Below are positions 1 through 12,848 of a stretch of DNA of 37,530 nt, in pieces (within the stretch, counting starts at the first letter, position 1; each line of letters opens with the position of its first letter). Source of the DNA: Octopus bimaculoides (Eukaryota); NCBI RefSeq assembly GCF_001194135.2, contig NC_068986.1, positions 18,560,167 to 18,597,696 on the forward strand, given 5' to 3'. A program made the position numbers and the translations under genes. The notes under the pieces were generated by a model, which saw only the letters and a program-made list of their open reading frames with translations, searched no databases and was not told the DNA's origin.

Positions 1-47
1 ATATATACGTATATGTATACATGTAAGTATGTACATATACGTATGCA

Positions 48-90
<43 letters not shown>

Positions 91-146
91 GCATATTATT
101 TATATATATTATATAGTTAGATAAACAGATAGATAGATAGATAGAT
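1..146. repeat. Compound microsatellite (TA)n/(TATG)n/(GATA)n
   Basis: Directly visible tandem units. Confidence 0.95.
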
Positions 147-1019
147 TCTGCGATTATTTGATTTTTTTCATTTAAAGATAGAGAAAGAGAGAAAAGGAGA
201 AATAAAGAGTGGCAGAGAGAGAGAGAGATTTGACATGGCAAATATTTCTCCGTACTCTCTTAGGGCAGCTCGTACTTATGGAGATATCTACTCCATACGC
301 TATGGATAATGGGAACATACCAATCGTATATTTTACAATGGACAAATGCCATAAAAATACACATAATACAGTGACATTAAGAGTGATGTCAAACAAGACA
401 TGTTAATAGCGCAATAATTATATACATAACACTAAGAAATGTCTAAAATCTTTTGTAGGAGCAACTAGAGAAGCTGCATAATTATATCGATGTGTCTAGC
501 ATGACATGTGTAATTAGGACAATTGAACTGATAAGCAATCATTACTCTAAGGACATTGACATATTAACTATATGCACAGATAAAGTGTCACTATCTTTAT
601 GTGTTTATTGTAGACATACTTGATGTTTCATAATGTACCAATATGAAGACGGAATTATTAATATTCATAGGGCATTCTCACACAAAATTTGAACATCTGT
701 AATAGCCTTGAACATTTTCTGCAATACTCATTATAACTGTTAATCTTATATACTTGGTATGAATTTAATTCCAGAAGAACGTATTTTTTAAGAAACATAA
801 CGTTTGACTTATACATCAAACAGTAATTTATTATAAATTTATTCATACGAATGAATATATTATATTAGATTAATATTACATATGATTGCTTACTAACATG
901 GCGATGTAAGTGACGGTGGTTGGTTTACATGAATTAAATAAAAAAGCGAAATCACAAATAACGAGAAAGTGCATTAACAACGACAGCAACAACAATCATA
1001 ATACTGATAATTATTGTTT

Positions 1020-1028
1020 TTGTTGTTG

Positions 1029-1070
<42 letters not shown>
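1020..1070. repeat. Compound trinucleotide microsatellite (TTG)n(CTG)n
   Basis: Directly visible; explains the poly-Cys and poly-Ala/Thr ORFs. Confidence 0.95.
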
Positions 1071-2625
1071 TCTCTATTGTTATTATAATACTCTCAGAAC
1101 AGGGCAACTCTCCTGAGTAATTTAGGCACCTCAAGCAAATATTCGGGTTTAAACGTACTCAGCAAGTGTAAACACCCTTTCTCAAGTGCTGCCGTCAAAC
1201 TGCAGATGTATAGTAAGTGTACAGTCTTTACTCCATGTCAATCTCTGCCTTTCAATTCACCTTTCCTATAATTCAGTCTCCAAGTAACTATTATTCCAAG
1301 GCCACATTTCACTCGAATGTTACTAGTTGAATCTGACGTGTTGGTTGGAGGGCCGATTGGAAAAGTACTGCTTTAAATATTTGAACGTAATCTAAAGTAC
1401 AGATCTCGCTGTCATACATGCAGGAGATAGAAGACTGCCAGTTTAGTATATTGGACAGAACTCTCTTCACAATAAATTTTGTCGGTAAATGAAAGCGCTC
1501 ACTTAATGATAACAAGTGTACGACGAAAATGCTGTAAATCAACATTGAAGTAGAACAACAACGGTGGTTCCATGGTAGTACCTGTAGTATTTCTTACAAA
1601 ACATGACCGTCCATTGGTAACACTCTGAAACATTTTTTTTCTAATAAATGATTATATTCCTGTCTTCAAATTGCTGAAGAAGAGTGTAATAACGATGTTT
1701 TGTCGGCGCCCTAAATTTTTCAATCACTATCATCATTTAATTTCTGCCAACACGTTAAAATGCACACGATTTGATGATGCATAGGTCGCTTTCAACTGCA
1801 AGGGGATTCCAATTTGATCGTGGCGTTCTCCACTAAATGAATGTCCGACATCAAATTACAATTGCCATGTGACTAGATCTGCTTGACATTGGGAGGTCAT
1901 TTGCAATAATCGAATTGAGTAATGATCACTATAAAAAATAATGATCAAAATAATGAAGACTTACACACCGGGACACATTGAATATAAAACCCAACAGCTT
2001 CAATTAAATACATAGCGAATGAAAATTGATAAAAACAAGGGAATCTAATTTAGTCAAGAGAAAATCAAGCTATATGTATAAAAATATGTAGTCATTCAGA
2101 AGAAAAAAATCGAAGCTAATAATATAGGCAAAAGCATGTAAAATCAATCACTTCAAATATCGTGAGCATTTGTATGACGAAAATAATGTTTTGAATACAT
2201 GCGAATACATTTTAAAGTGGCATTAACCACGAAACGTAATACTCAATGACACATCGATACCAATGAAAGTTCAATCATATTGGAAGAAATATATTGAACA
2301 AGCGTCTGATGAACAATGGATCAAGAGTGGAATTGATAAGTAAAATACATTAACGCCGTAAATATGGCTCGTTATGACTATCAAGATATTCGGCAACACG
2401 ATAACACCTACAAACAAATGCAAAGCTCATAGCATTGATAACGCCACCAATTTCTACTTAATCTCTTTGCCTATATAGACGAATCTGTGAGAACGATATT
2501 CATTGTATCAATAAACCGACAAGAATCAATAACTAAAATTGGATATCAATATTGACTACTCAAATGAATAAAGTGAATATATCTACTTATATACATACAT
2601 TAAAGGGCGTTCATACACGCACGCG

Positions 2626-2663
2626 TATAAATATATGTACATATATATATATATACATGCATT

Positions 2664-2745
<82 letters not shown>

Positions 2746-2750
2746 TACAT
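2626..2750. repeat. (TA)n microsatellite
   Basis: Directly visible. Confidence 0.95.
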
Positions 2751-3635
2751 AGATTTGCATATACATGTATTTATGTATATATTACCTAGCATTGGGTACA
2801 TTATCAAATTTGCTTAATGAATGCACCAGTGGTCATTAATGCTATTGAAAAGTGATAACGTGTTTCTTGATAGGAGAGAGAACCTATTTACGAGGTTAAT
2901 ATCCTGTTGGAGAACTTACGTAACATTTTGCATAATGCCAGCTGGCTTTATGAACGTGTGGGGGTGGTTAGATCATTTTACCAAATCCTATATAATCTAT
3001 ACTGGTACTAAATATTGACAGAGCATTCAGAGAGATCCCGATATCGAAATCAGAGAATTAGAGAATCAGAGAATTAGAAAAAAACAACTCTTTTATATAC
3101 TATAAAAATTATAGTATATATATATAACTCATTAAAATTATGTAGTCTATGAATGAAATGCAGCAGAAAATCATAAATCATGCCTAGTATTAATGAAAGA
3201 AAATAAACTGAATTCAGTGATAAGAAGTACGTTATCCAAAATCAGTAGTCAACCTGAATTAGGTGAAATTAAATATCATGTACAGAGAGAATCAAGAAAA
3301 TAAATAATAGCGTGGAGAAGGCATCCCCCGACTGCCGCAGTTACATATGATATACAGAGACACCACACCAGTGTGCTCAACGTCTGGCAGATATGGTTTT
3401 ATTGAAGTCAAAACGGGTCGTCTCAAATTAAGAAATGAAACAGGTAATGTAGGACGTAGTTTCCCCACAAACTTCACTAAAGCATTGGTCAACTAGTATC
3501 ACTATGATTAGGGTATATATTTTTTTTCATTTTATGAAGACGTTCGATAAAATATTTGGGATTTTACTCGTAACCAAATGAAAATTGATGTTACATAAGG
3601 CAACATTTAAAACCGGTAAACGAAAACTAACGAAG

Positions 3636-3722
3636 AACAGGAGCACTCAGAGAGCGCAAAGCTCCACCAAAGCAACACCAACGTTCTCTCAACGATTAGC
3701 CAGAGATGACTTTTAAAATGAC
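3636..3722 (+). mobile_element. Terminal fragment of a dispersed non-autonomous repeat (MITE-like)
   Basis: AACAGGAGCACTCAGAGAGCGCAAAGCTCCACCAAAGCAACACCAACG resembles, from memory, the end of an abundant octopus dispersed repeat; the other end is not found. Confidence 0.4.
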
Positions 3723-4254
3723 AACATATTTAATTCAGTCGTACGCTGGTGTTTCGCTTTTCTCTTTTTTCTGTGCGTGCTTTACTACATAAAAGTCACC
3801 AACTGCCCACTCTGAGTAATTACTGACAGCACGTGTCTCGTATAGAACATTGTGGAACGGAGAATTAATAAATTAAAAGATTTCTAACAGGAGCAAATAT
3901 CTTCAAATTTATAGAAGATTGAAACTATAAAAAGAAACATCAGTTTTCAAATGATTCCATTATATATATATATATATATATTATTTCTTACCTTTTTAAT
4001 GCGGAAGAAACAAAGAAATTGCGAACACCAACAACGGCCTGTTACGACTTTTTTGTCAGGTCATTTTATCCAGTGTTATTTTCACCATTAATCAAACATT
4101 TTCAAATGCTTCTTATAATTTATTCGTTATTGAAGTGACCAACTTTGGTACATTGCAAGGAATTTTCGTAGCAAGAGTTTTATCCGATGTAATCTATCTT
4201 AGTTGTTGATTATGATGATGACTGTGAGACGGACACATAGTAATATTTGGGTTA

Positions 4255-4340
4255 CGGCGAGATTTGAACTAAGAACGTGTACTATCGTAAGTAAAGGCTA
4301 AATACATTATTTTGGCCGTGGCACAAACACAGCCGCCCTA
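4255..4340 (-). mobile_element. Degenerate tRNA-derived SINE head fragment
   Basis: CGGCGAGATTTGAACTAAGAACGT matches the B-box region of the SINEs at 12151-12782. Confidence 0.5.
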
Positions 4341-4455
4341 TAAGCCCATTGTTAATGATTTAAACTTCTCTTATTGATGAAAAATTAATTAGATGATGAT
4401 AACATTCAACTCATGAATTAATAATTGAATAATATTAATTCAACTGTAACAGGAG

Positions 4456-4456
<1 letters not shown>

Positions 4457-4499
<43 letters not shown>

Positions 4500-5075
4500 N
4501 NNNNNNNNNNNNNNNNNNNNNNNNNNNNNNNNNNNNNNNNNNNNNNNNNNNNNNNNNNNNNNNNNNNNNNNNNNNNNNNNNNNNNNNNNNNNNNNNNNNN
4601 NNNNNNNNNNNNNNNNNNNNNNNNNNNNNNNNNNNNNNNNNNNNNNNNNNNNNNNNNNNNNNNNNNNNNNNNNNNNNNNNNNNNNNNNNNNNNNNNNNNN
4701 NNNNNNNNNNNNNNNNNNNNNNNNNNNNNNNNNNNNNNNNNNNNNNNNNNNNNNNNNNNNNNNNNNNNNNNNNNNNNNNNNNNNNNNNNNNNNNNNNNNN
4801 NNNNNNNNNNNNNNNNNNNNNNNNNNNNNNNNNNNNNNNNNNNNNNNNNNNNNNNNNNNNNNNNNNNNNNNNNNNNNNNNNNNNNNNNNNNNNNNNNNNN
4901 NNNNNNNNNNNNNNNNNNNNNNNNNNNNNNNNNNNNNNNNNNNNNNNNNNNNNNNNNNNNNNNNNNNNNNNNNNNNNNNNNNNNNNNNNNNNNNNNNNNN
5001 NNNNNNNNNNNNNNNNNNNNCACACACACACACACACATTCACACACACATTCACACACACACACACACACACAC
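4457..5075. repeat. (GTA)n and (CA)n microsatellites flanking an assembly gap
   Basis: Directly visible; N-run 4500-5020. Confidence 0.9.
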
Positions 5076-6132
5076 TCGAAGAAAAAAGAGGTGAAAAATA
5101 CAGAATAATAAATAATACCAAAACAATAGCACTCACTAGGAGAGAAAAATTTGCATACTCAGACAAGAAACTTGTCAAACTTTAGAGACAATATAAGCTT
5201 TGTCTTCACAGCAGACGCTGCCTTGAAATCAATAGAAGCATTCCAAACGAAAACATGCACAAGAAAGAACATGAAAGAATAACGAAGATAGAATTGAAGA
5301 GGAAGAATTCAGAGGAGAGAAAAAATATGTTTAAAAAATAAACATAAACGAGACACACACACTTTGCAATTAACTATGGAGAGCAAGCAACTAACTCTAA
5401 TGCATAGAAATATGAAAACAGTACATAGAAGAAAATGATCTGAAAGATATTGATTTTTATTACTGGCACAAGACCGAACAGTATCACAAGGCACTTAGAG
5501 GTACATAAAGGATAACGGACCGTTCTGTGGTCAAATCTTACTGATATTGGTGATAAATTGTCTAACCGATTCAGTTAACATTCAAGAATACAAACAGACA
5601 GACGAATTTAAATGATTCACAACATACCTTACTTGGCCGGGCGTAATATTCCAATCACAATGCACATGTTTGCGTAGAAAATTATTTCACACTATTGAGA
5701 GTCATGGTTAATTATAATCGAGGTTCATCGCACGACATGTACTTTCATCTCAGAGTCAAGTATAAAGTAAAAAAGACAACCAAAGGGAAGAGAATTGTGG
5801 CAATTGAATTTTTTAATTATCGGTAAGTGCATTAGTAGTTAACTATATAGATAGATAACAAATACTAACTAGAATGTTTGATGGATTCTGTATATGACTA
5901 TTCTATATATTGATGATTTTATACAGTCGAAATCGTTGTGCCTGAGTTTGTAGACTAAATAAAATACCCATCCTAAACATGACTCCGTATCTCTCTGTCC
6001 ATCTATCTCGTGTGTTTGTGCGAGTGCACACTCAGACACTCATACACTTTGTTTATAAGATCTATTTTCTACAATCTACTGTGACATTTTAGGCTTATGT
6101 CTTGTTTTCCAGTCATAAAGTTCGTATTTGCT

Positions 6133-6147
6133 ATCTCTCTCTCTCTA

Positions 6148-6178
<31 letters not shown>

Positions 6179-6428
6179 TTCTCTCTCTCTCTCTTTCTCT
6201 CTCTTTCTCTATGTATGTATATATATATANNNNNNNNNNNNNNNNNNNNNNNNNNNNNNNNNNNNNNNNNNNNNNNNNNNNNNNNNNNNNNATATATATA
6301 CATATTTATATAGATATATACAGAGAGAGAGAGAGATGTAGAGATAGTGGAGAGAAAGAGATGTAGAGATAGTGGAGAGAAAGAGAAGTAGAGAGACAGA
6401 CATATAGATAGATACGTACGTACATACA

Positions 6429-6461
<33 letters not shown>

Positions 6462-6490
6462 GTATACATGCATACATGCATACATACATA
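6133..6490. repeat. Compound (CT)n/(TA)n/(GA)n/(TACA)n microsatellite with small gap
   Basis: Directly visible; includes a duplicated GAGATGTAGAGATAGTGGAGAGAAA unit. Confidence 0.9.
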
Positions 6491-6944
6491 CTTAGATACA
6501 GTTGAAATATTTTTCCTCTCCAGTTTTCCCTCGCCAAACTTTCTGTCGAAGATTGTTGTCTTGAAATGTCACACTCACCTTCCATTCGTCCCCAACGTCA
6601 AACTTATGTACCCGCTTGTTGTCGCACGCACTCACGGACGCACTCACGGACGCACACATGCACACACGTTTAGGCACACTCACACGAACACACGCACGCA
6701 TGCATACACACACACACATATATTGAAATGTGTTACATGAACATTTACATAGATATCCAAATCAAATTAATCTTTAACAGAACGTCTGGCACCGTTGTGA
6801 TATAAGCAATTAGCTATGAGTGTCGCTACTAATTAAGATTTATAACGAATATAAAGCCTTGGCACTTTATCTTGAAACTCAAAGATTCTGGTGGCAATAG
6901 CTATCAGAATGCTTTCGGTGTCTATCTTGCTCTAATGCAGGTAA

Positions 6945-7839
6945 ATATATATACATACATACACATATTCATATATATATGTGTCTGTGTGTGTATACAT
7001 GTCTATATATATATATNNNNNNNNNNNNNNNNNNNNNNNNNNNNNNNNNNNNNNNNNNNNNNNNNNNNNNNNNNNNNNNNNNNNNNNNNNNNNNNNNNNN
7101 NNNNNNNNNNNNNNNNNNNNNNNNNNNNNNNNNNNNNNNNNNNNNNNNNNNNNNNNNNNNNNNNNNNNNNNNNNNNNNNNNNNNNNNNNNNNNNNNNNNN
7201 NNNNNNNNNNNNNNNNNNNNNNNNNNNNNNNNNNNNNNNNNNNNNNNNNNNNNNNNNNNNNNNNNNNNNNNNNNNNNNNNNNNNNNNNNNNNNNNNNNNN
7301 NNNNNNNNNNNNNNNNNNNNNNNNNNNNNNNNNNNNNNNNNNNNNNNNNNNNNNNNNNNNNNNNNNNNNNNNNNNNNNNNNNNNNNNNNNNNNNNNNNNN
7401 NNNNNNNNNNNNNNNNNNNNNNNNNNNNNNNNNNNNNNNNNNNNNNNNNNNNNNNNNNNNNNNNNNNNNNNNNNNNNNNNNNNNNNNNNNNNNNNNNNNN
7501 NNNNNNNNNNNNNNNNNNNNNNNNNNNNNNNNNNNNNNNNNNNNNNNNNNNNNNNNNNNNNNNNNNNNNNNNNNNNNNNNNNNNNNNNNNNNNNNNNNNN
7601 NNNNNNNNNNNNNNNNNNNNNNNNNNNNNNNNNNNNNNNNNNNNNNNNNNNNNNNNNNNNNNNNNNNNNNNNNNNNNNNNNNNNNNNNNNNNNNNNNNNN
7701 NNNNNNNNNNNNNNNNNNNNNNNNNNNNNNNNNNNNNNNNNNNNNNNNNNNNNNNNNNNNNNNNNNNNNNNNNNTATGTATGTATATATGTACATACATA
7801 CATATATATATACGCAAATATGTACATACATATTTATAC

Positions 7840-7870
<31 letters not shown>

Positions 7871-7990
7871 CACATATATATATATGTATGTATATATGTA
7901 CATACATACATATATATATACGCAAATATGTACATACATATTTATACATATATATATATATATGTACATATATATATACATATATGTATA
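6945..7990. repeat. TA/TATG-rich microsatellite around a gap, with a ~108-bp tandem duplication (7775-7985)
   Basis: Directly visible; CGCAAATATGTACATACATATTTATAC occurs twice. Confidence 0.85.
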
Positions 7991-8757
7991 TAGATACCTA
8001 AATAGATGTATGCATGCTTACATAGCTGTAAACACGTCTGTGTATGGGTAAGAAAGAGTGAGAGAGAAACAGAGAGAGAGGAGAACACGTCCATGAAATC
8101 CAAGTTATAATTCGAGTTTCCCAACTTCTAAATTTCATATCACCCGCACAATATGCTCTACTTGAATTAGACTAAAGTGGAAATATTGGTTCCAGCACGC
8201 ATACGCAATCATGACAAAAATGCATTGCGTAACTGATTAAACGTGTGTCATCCTTCAGCAGTTTGCCAGTTTTGGAGCGCGGTGGAGTAAAAAATCTAAT
8301 TGATTCATTTAGTAATTATATGTACTGTGCATATGTGCCTGCATCTTTGTGTATGTCTTATTATTTTCAACCCGTAAATGTCAGATACTGACTTCAGTGA
8401 CAATATTTCGCCGCGGTTTTAGCAGAAAAACATTGTAAAAATTGGTCACTTTGTAATATAAAATTATTAAACACATTAAAATACACATACTAACATTTTC
8501 ACTATATCTGTTATTTGTTCTTCTCAATCCACACACAAATGCACATTTATCTTAGAGAATATAAGGTTATGTGCGTAAGCTATGTGATGTTTATTTGTGT
8601 TGAAAGCTATAAGATCGGTAAACAGTGAACAGAAAACCACCCAGTTTATGTTGAACTGCAATAACGTGCAGTGGCGTGTCTGAATTCTATAGAATATCAA
8701 TGGAGATAAACTTAAAAATGAGAATACCACATTGCTAACGCAAATCGTATTACACAG

Positions 8758-8976
8758 TACGAGTATGTGCTGAAAAGTTTCTGGCCTTTCGGATATCTCG
8801 AAAGACTGGTTGGAGGCCCAAACTTCCGAGTTCTTTAACATAGCCTACAAAAACTGAAGGACTGCTGCAAGAAGTATGTGATACTGAGAGGGGAATGTGT
8901 TGAATAAAATCATATGTAACTGATCCTCCTCTATTTTCTTCCAACCAGAGCTAGGAACCTTTCAGCAGCCCTCGTA
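8758..8976 (+). mobile_element. Mariner/Tc1-derived MITE (internally deleted)
   Basis: TA at both ends; imperfect TIRs CGAGTATGTGCTGAAAAGTTTCTGGC and rc CGAGGGCTGCTGAAAGGTTCCTAGC; 8801-8907 reads KDWLEAQTSEFFNI/LQKLKDCCKKYVILRGECVE* (one frameshift), resembling a mariner transposase C-terminus. Confidence 0.85.
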
Positions 8977-9732
8977 TTGACTTGTTAACCTTGGACACAT
9001 TTGTTAATGTATTACGCTTGCAAGCGATTGATGTGTTTGCACAATCTGAGTTTACAATTTCTGTGGAGAGAAATCCTAATCTAACCGATTGAAAGCCTTA
9101 TTGTCGTTTTTGTGGAATCATTGTTGCAGTTTTGAAACCGTTAGTCTTTGCTTACAAATCATTATGCGTCTGTTTTATTTCATTGCCTTTCTTCCTATGA
9201 AGATAGGGAATACGCCAATGTTGTTTGCGTAATCCTAGTAAATTAACCTCGAACAGTTTAGATTGTTCTGTCTCAGTTAAATTAAGTTCAGTTTTCTCAA
9301 CCTTTTGCATGTAATGACGATGCTAAATGTCTTGTTGTTTAATTGAATTTAACCTTAAACGATTCTAGAAACATTTGTAATAGTTCATTGATCATTCGTC
9401 GTAATTTCCGATAGAATATAATATCGTTTTATATTCATTATATGCCCCCTATATTTTAAAGAGTTCCTTGCATGATTTAAGAGATATTACTTGCTACTTC
9501 TCAGGATGTTTGGTCCCCATGACACTTCTGAAATCTAATTGAGATATCAGTGCAAAAATTGAGAGCAGGGAAATTCCACATTATGGATTAAACGGCTATT
9601 AAACGTCTGGAGTCCCAGAACTTGTAGGACCGATTATCCTTGTTCAATGGCGTAAAATTGGCCGGGATCGCAATATTACCTTTGAACGGGTAGCCAGCAA
9701 CATGAAACGATATATTTTACAGGTAAACTGTT

Positions 9733-9763
9733 GTCAGTGCAACACCTTAACCACTAGGCCACC
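9733..9763 (-). mobile_element. Isolated tRNA-derived SINE 5' head (A box)
   Basis: rc GGTGGCCTAGTGGTTAAGGTGTTGCACTGAC contains a TGGCnnAGTGG A box; no B box follows. Confidence 0.45.
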
Positions 9764-10871
9764 CACCTTCAAAAATATCAAAGCATCGAAACAGTTATTA
9801 ATAGTTTTGAAAAGGGGTATGTGTTCCTTGGCTTTGGAGAATCAAATAGTGTCCCAAAATGAGCAGCTAAATCGAGATTTCGAATTAAATCTCACAAACT
9901 TTGATATTATACGATGTTACACTATCTATGGTTAAAAATGTCTATTAAAACCTATTTCACTACCATCTAATCCATAATGATAGTAACAGGTTGGTAGATG
10001 TCTAGCCGATCTTTTGTCTTGATTAATCAATTGGTGGCTGATACAAAGCAACTTTGCGTAGAAAACAAATATATTTCATGACGGCTGGTCTCTGGTAGAA
10101 ACAATTCAAACGCTTACTCCAGACTTTATATTATGTAACGATGAGAAAGGAAGAAAAAAACAAGAAACATAGACAAATATATACGAAGCAGACAAATTAT
10201 TTCTAATAAAAATAACCTTGATTCTTCAGCGTTGGTAATTGTCAATATCAGTCAAATATTTAAACAAACAGCCAACAGAACAGAAGGCGTTAACAAGGAA
10301 AGCATTAGTGAAATTGTTTATTCTGTCATTTTGTCTGCGTCTTCCAGATATTTCACACAGCAACACCCAAATATAAAACGCAATCATTGATACATACAAA
10401 AACGTGCGCACACACACGTATATACAGAAAATAAACGCACCTGCGTTTAATCGTATAAACACAGTGCAGAGACACATATGAATACAAAGAAACATATATT
10501 CATACAAAATACAATTGACTTAACACATATATGTAATATTCTTATCTCAGTTGATCTGCCAGTAGTAATTGAAATATACATGGGTGTATTTGAGTCTATA
10601 ATGTGTGCGTATTCCGTTGTGTTATACATACATATTTATATATATATATATATATATATANNNNNNNNNNNNNNNNNNNNNNNNNNNNNNNNNNNNNNNN
10701 NNNNNNNNNNNNNNNNNNNNNNNNNNNNNNNNNNNNNNNNNNNNNNNNNNNNNNNNNNNNNNNNNNNNNNNNNNNNNNNNNNNNNNNNNNNNNNNNNNNN
10801 NNNNNNNNNNNNNNNNNNNNNNNNNNNNNNNNNNTATATATGTCTGTGTGTGTGTGGCTGGTTGTGTGTGT

Positions 10872-10913
<42 letters not shown>

Positions 10914-10915
10914 AA

Positions 10916-10947
<32 letters not shown>

Positions 10948-11419
10948 GCCCATGCATATTTGTGTATATGTATGTGTTCACCCTCGCACAATTGTACTCA
11001 TATAACGATATAAATGAACGCCTGCATGTGTATAATACTGCAAATATATGACTGCGTACATGACATCTACATTATACGTCTGTAGATGTCTGCGTATTAT
11101 TTCATTGCTACAGCTTATCATAGGACTTAGGAAAAATATCAATTAAAGAAACGATATGAATATGACAATGATAACAGTCTCAATGATTGCATTTTGCTAT
11201 TTAGTTTGTTTTGCAAATGTTATTGGTTTGTTGGTTTCCTGTTGTTGTTGTTGTTGTTGTTGCTGCTCTTTTTTTTTGGGGGGGGGGGGGTGATGGTATA
11301 GTTGGTTGTGCTGTGGATTATGGGAGTGGTGCTGGTATTACTGGTTTGTATAGGTTAGAAATCGCTGATGATGGGTACGACCAAGGAGATGAAGATGACT
11401 TTGAGTTGAACAAGAAGAC

Positions 11420-11508
11420 GATGTTGACAATGATGGAAATGATGATGATGATGTAATGACGATGAAAACGACAACTGTTATGATGGGGCCGATGATAAAA
11501 ATGACTAC

Positions 11509-11551
<43 letters not shown>

Positions 11552-11576
11552 TTGATGATGATGACGATGATGATGG

Positions 11577-11610
<34 letters not shown>

Positions 11611-11612
11611 AT

Positions 11613-11650
<38 letters not shown>

Positions 11651-11688
11651 TTGATGATGATGACGGTGATGATGATGACGATGATGAC

Positions 11689-11733
<45 letters not shown>

Positions 11734-11747
11734 GATGATGATGAAAT

Positions 11748-11787
<40 letters not shown>

Positions 11788-11830
11788 AATGATGATGATG
11801 ATGATGATGATAATGATTATGATGATGACG
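11420..11830. repeat. Long degenerate (GAT)n microsatellite
   Basis: Directly visible; explains the poly-Met and poly-Ile ORFs. Confidence 0.95.
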
Positions 11831-12150
11831 ACGTTACTGCGGAGGAGCATGACGGCTACCACGTCTCGCTGCGCCGCTGCCACCGATGATGACAAGGATC
11901 ATGACGAGACGCGAGAAAGCTGTAAAGGCAGGAAAGGTGATGAATAATGCGATGTTTGTAATGAGAAAGACGAACAGACGTAGAAATCGGAATATATAAG
12001 TTATCAAGAGATAACGTGTAATAAATGGGGATGGTAAAGATAATAACGACGACCATATTCCACTGGATGAAGAGGATGATGATGAGGATGATAATGAGGA
12101 GGTGGATGTGGTAGATAAATGTTAACTGTGATGGAGAAGCAAGACCCTGG

Positions 12151-12358
12151 TTATTCTTTTCTACTGTAGGTGCAAGGCCGGCAATTTTGGAGGAGGAGGC
12201 CAGTCGATTAGATCGACCCCAGCACGCAACTGGTACTTAATTTATCGACCCCACCCCCGAAAGGATGAAAGGCAAAGTCGACCTCGTCGAAATTTGAACG
12301 TAGAACGTAAAGATAGACGTAATACCGTTAAGCATTTCACCCGGCGTGCTAACTTTTC
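12151..12358 (-). mobile_element. tRNA-derived SINE, tail type 1 (...CCTTGCACCTACAGTAGAAAAG)
   Basis: Head with B-box-like GTTCAAATTTCG; central GTCGACTTTGCCTTTCATCCTTTCGGGG...GTCGATAAATTAAGTACCAG resembles the Nin/Deu-type SINE domain; paralogous copies elsewhere in the window. Confidence 0.9.
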
Positions 12359-12360
12359 GC

Positions 12361-12782
12361 TTTTTCTTTACTGCCCACTAGGGGCTACAGACAGAGGGAA
12401 CAAACAAGGACACACAAAGGGATTTAGTCGATTATATCGACCCCAGTGCGTAACTAGTACTTATTTAATCGACCTCGAAAGGATGAAAGGCAAAGTCGAC
12501 CTCATTGGAATTTAAACTCTGAACGTAGCGGCAGACGAAATACCAATTTCTTTATTGCCCAAAGGGGGCCAAACATAGAATGGTACAAAACAACTGATTG
12601 GGATCAGTAATGCGAATGGTTTACATAAATATGACTTTAAAAAGTTTATAAAATATAAAAATCGAATGATATTAACAGTACGTTAAACAACACAATCGAA
12701 GCGATGATCAGGCCACGCTCCGACCCATACCGCTAAGCATTTCGCCCGGCGTACTAACGTTTCTGCCAGCTCGCCGCCTTAG
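12361..12782 (-). mobile_element. tRNA-derived SINE, tail type 2 (...CCCCTAGTGGGCAGTAAAGAAA), split by a 187-bp insertion (12545-12731)
   Basis: Body 12361-12544 and head 12732-12782 join in register with the SINE at 12151-12358; ATACC is duplicated at both junctions. Confidence 0.85.
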
Positions 12783-12848
12783 CGAGACCCCGCCCCAGTT
12801 ATTCGTAGACACATATGTTTCCTATGTTTCCTAGAAAATGGTGTAAAG

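Noticed and set aside
236-310. ARTYGDIYSIRYG resembling a cytochrome P450 N-terminal motif
   Set aside because: Immediately followed by a stop, with no donor site and no other P450 motif in the window.
3358-3443. Possible 86-nt exon ending CAG|GTAATG (DTTPVCSTSGRYGFIEVKTGRLKLRNET)
   Set aside because: The acceptor lacks a pyrimidine tract and the peptide is unrecognisable.
7775-7985. 108-bp tandem duplication as a functional repeat
   Set aside because: Low-complexity sequence next to a gap; slippage or assembly artefact is more likely.
9495-9690. Possible relic of the same dispersed repeat as 3636-3722
   Set aside because: Only a ~23-nt resemblance recalled from memory; boundaries cannot be supported.
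11400-11890. Asp-rich open frame as an acidic biomineralisation-type protein
   Set aside because: Fully explained by a decaying (GAT)n tract; no start, signal peptide or splice support.
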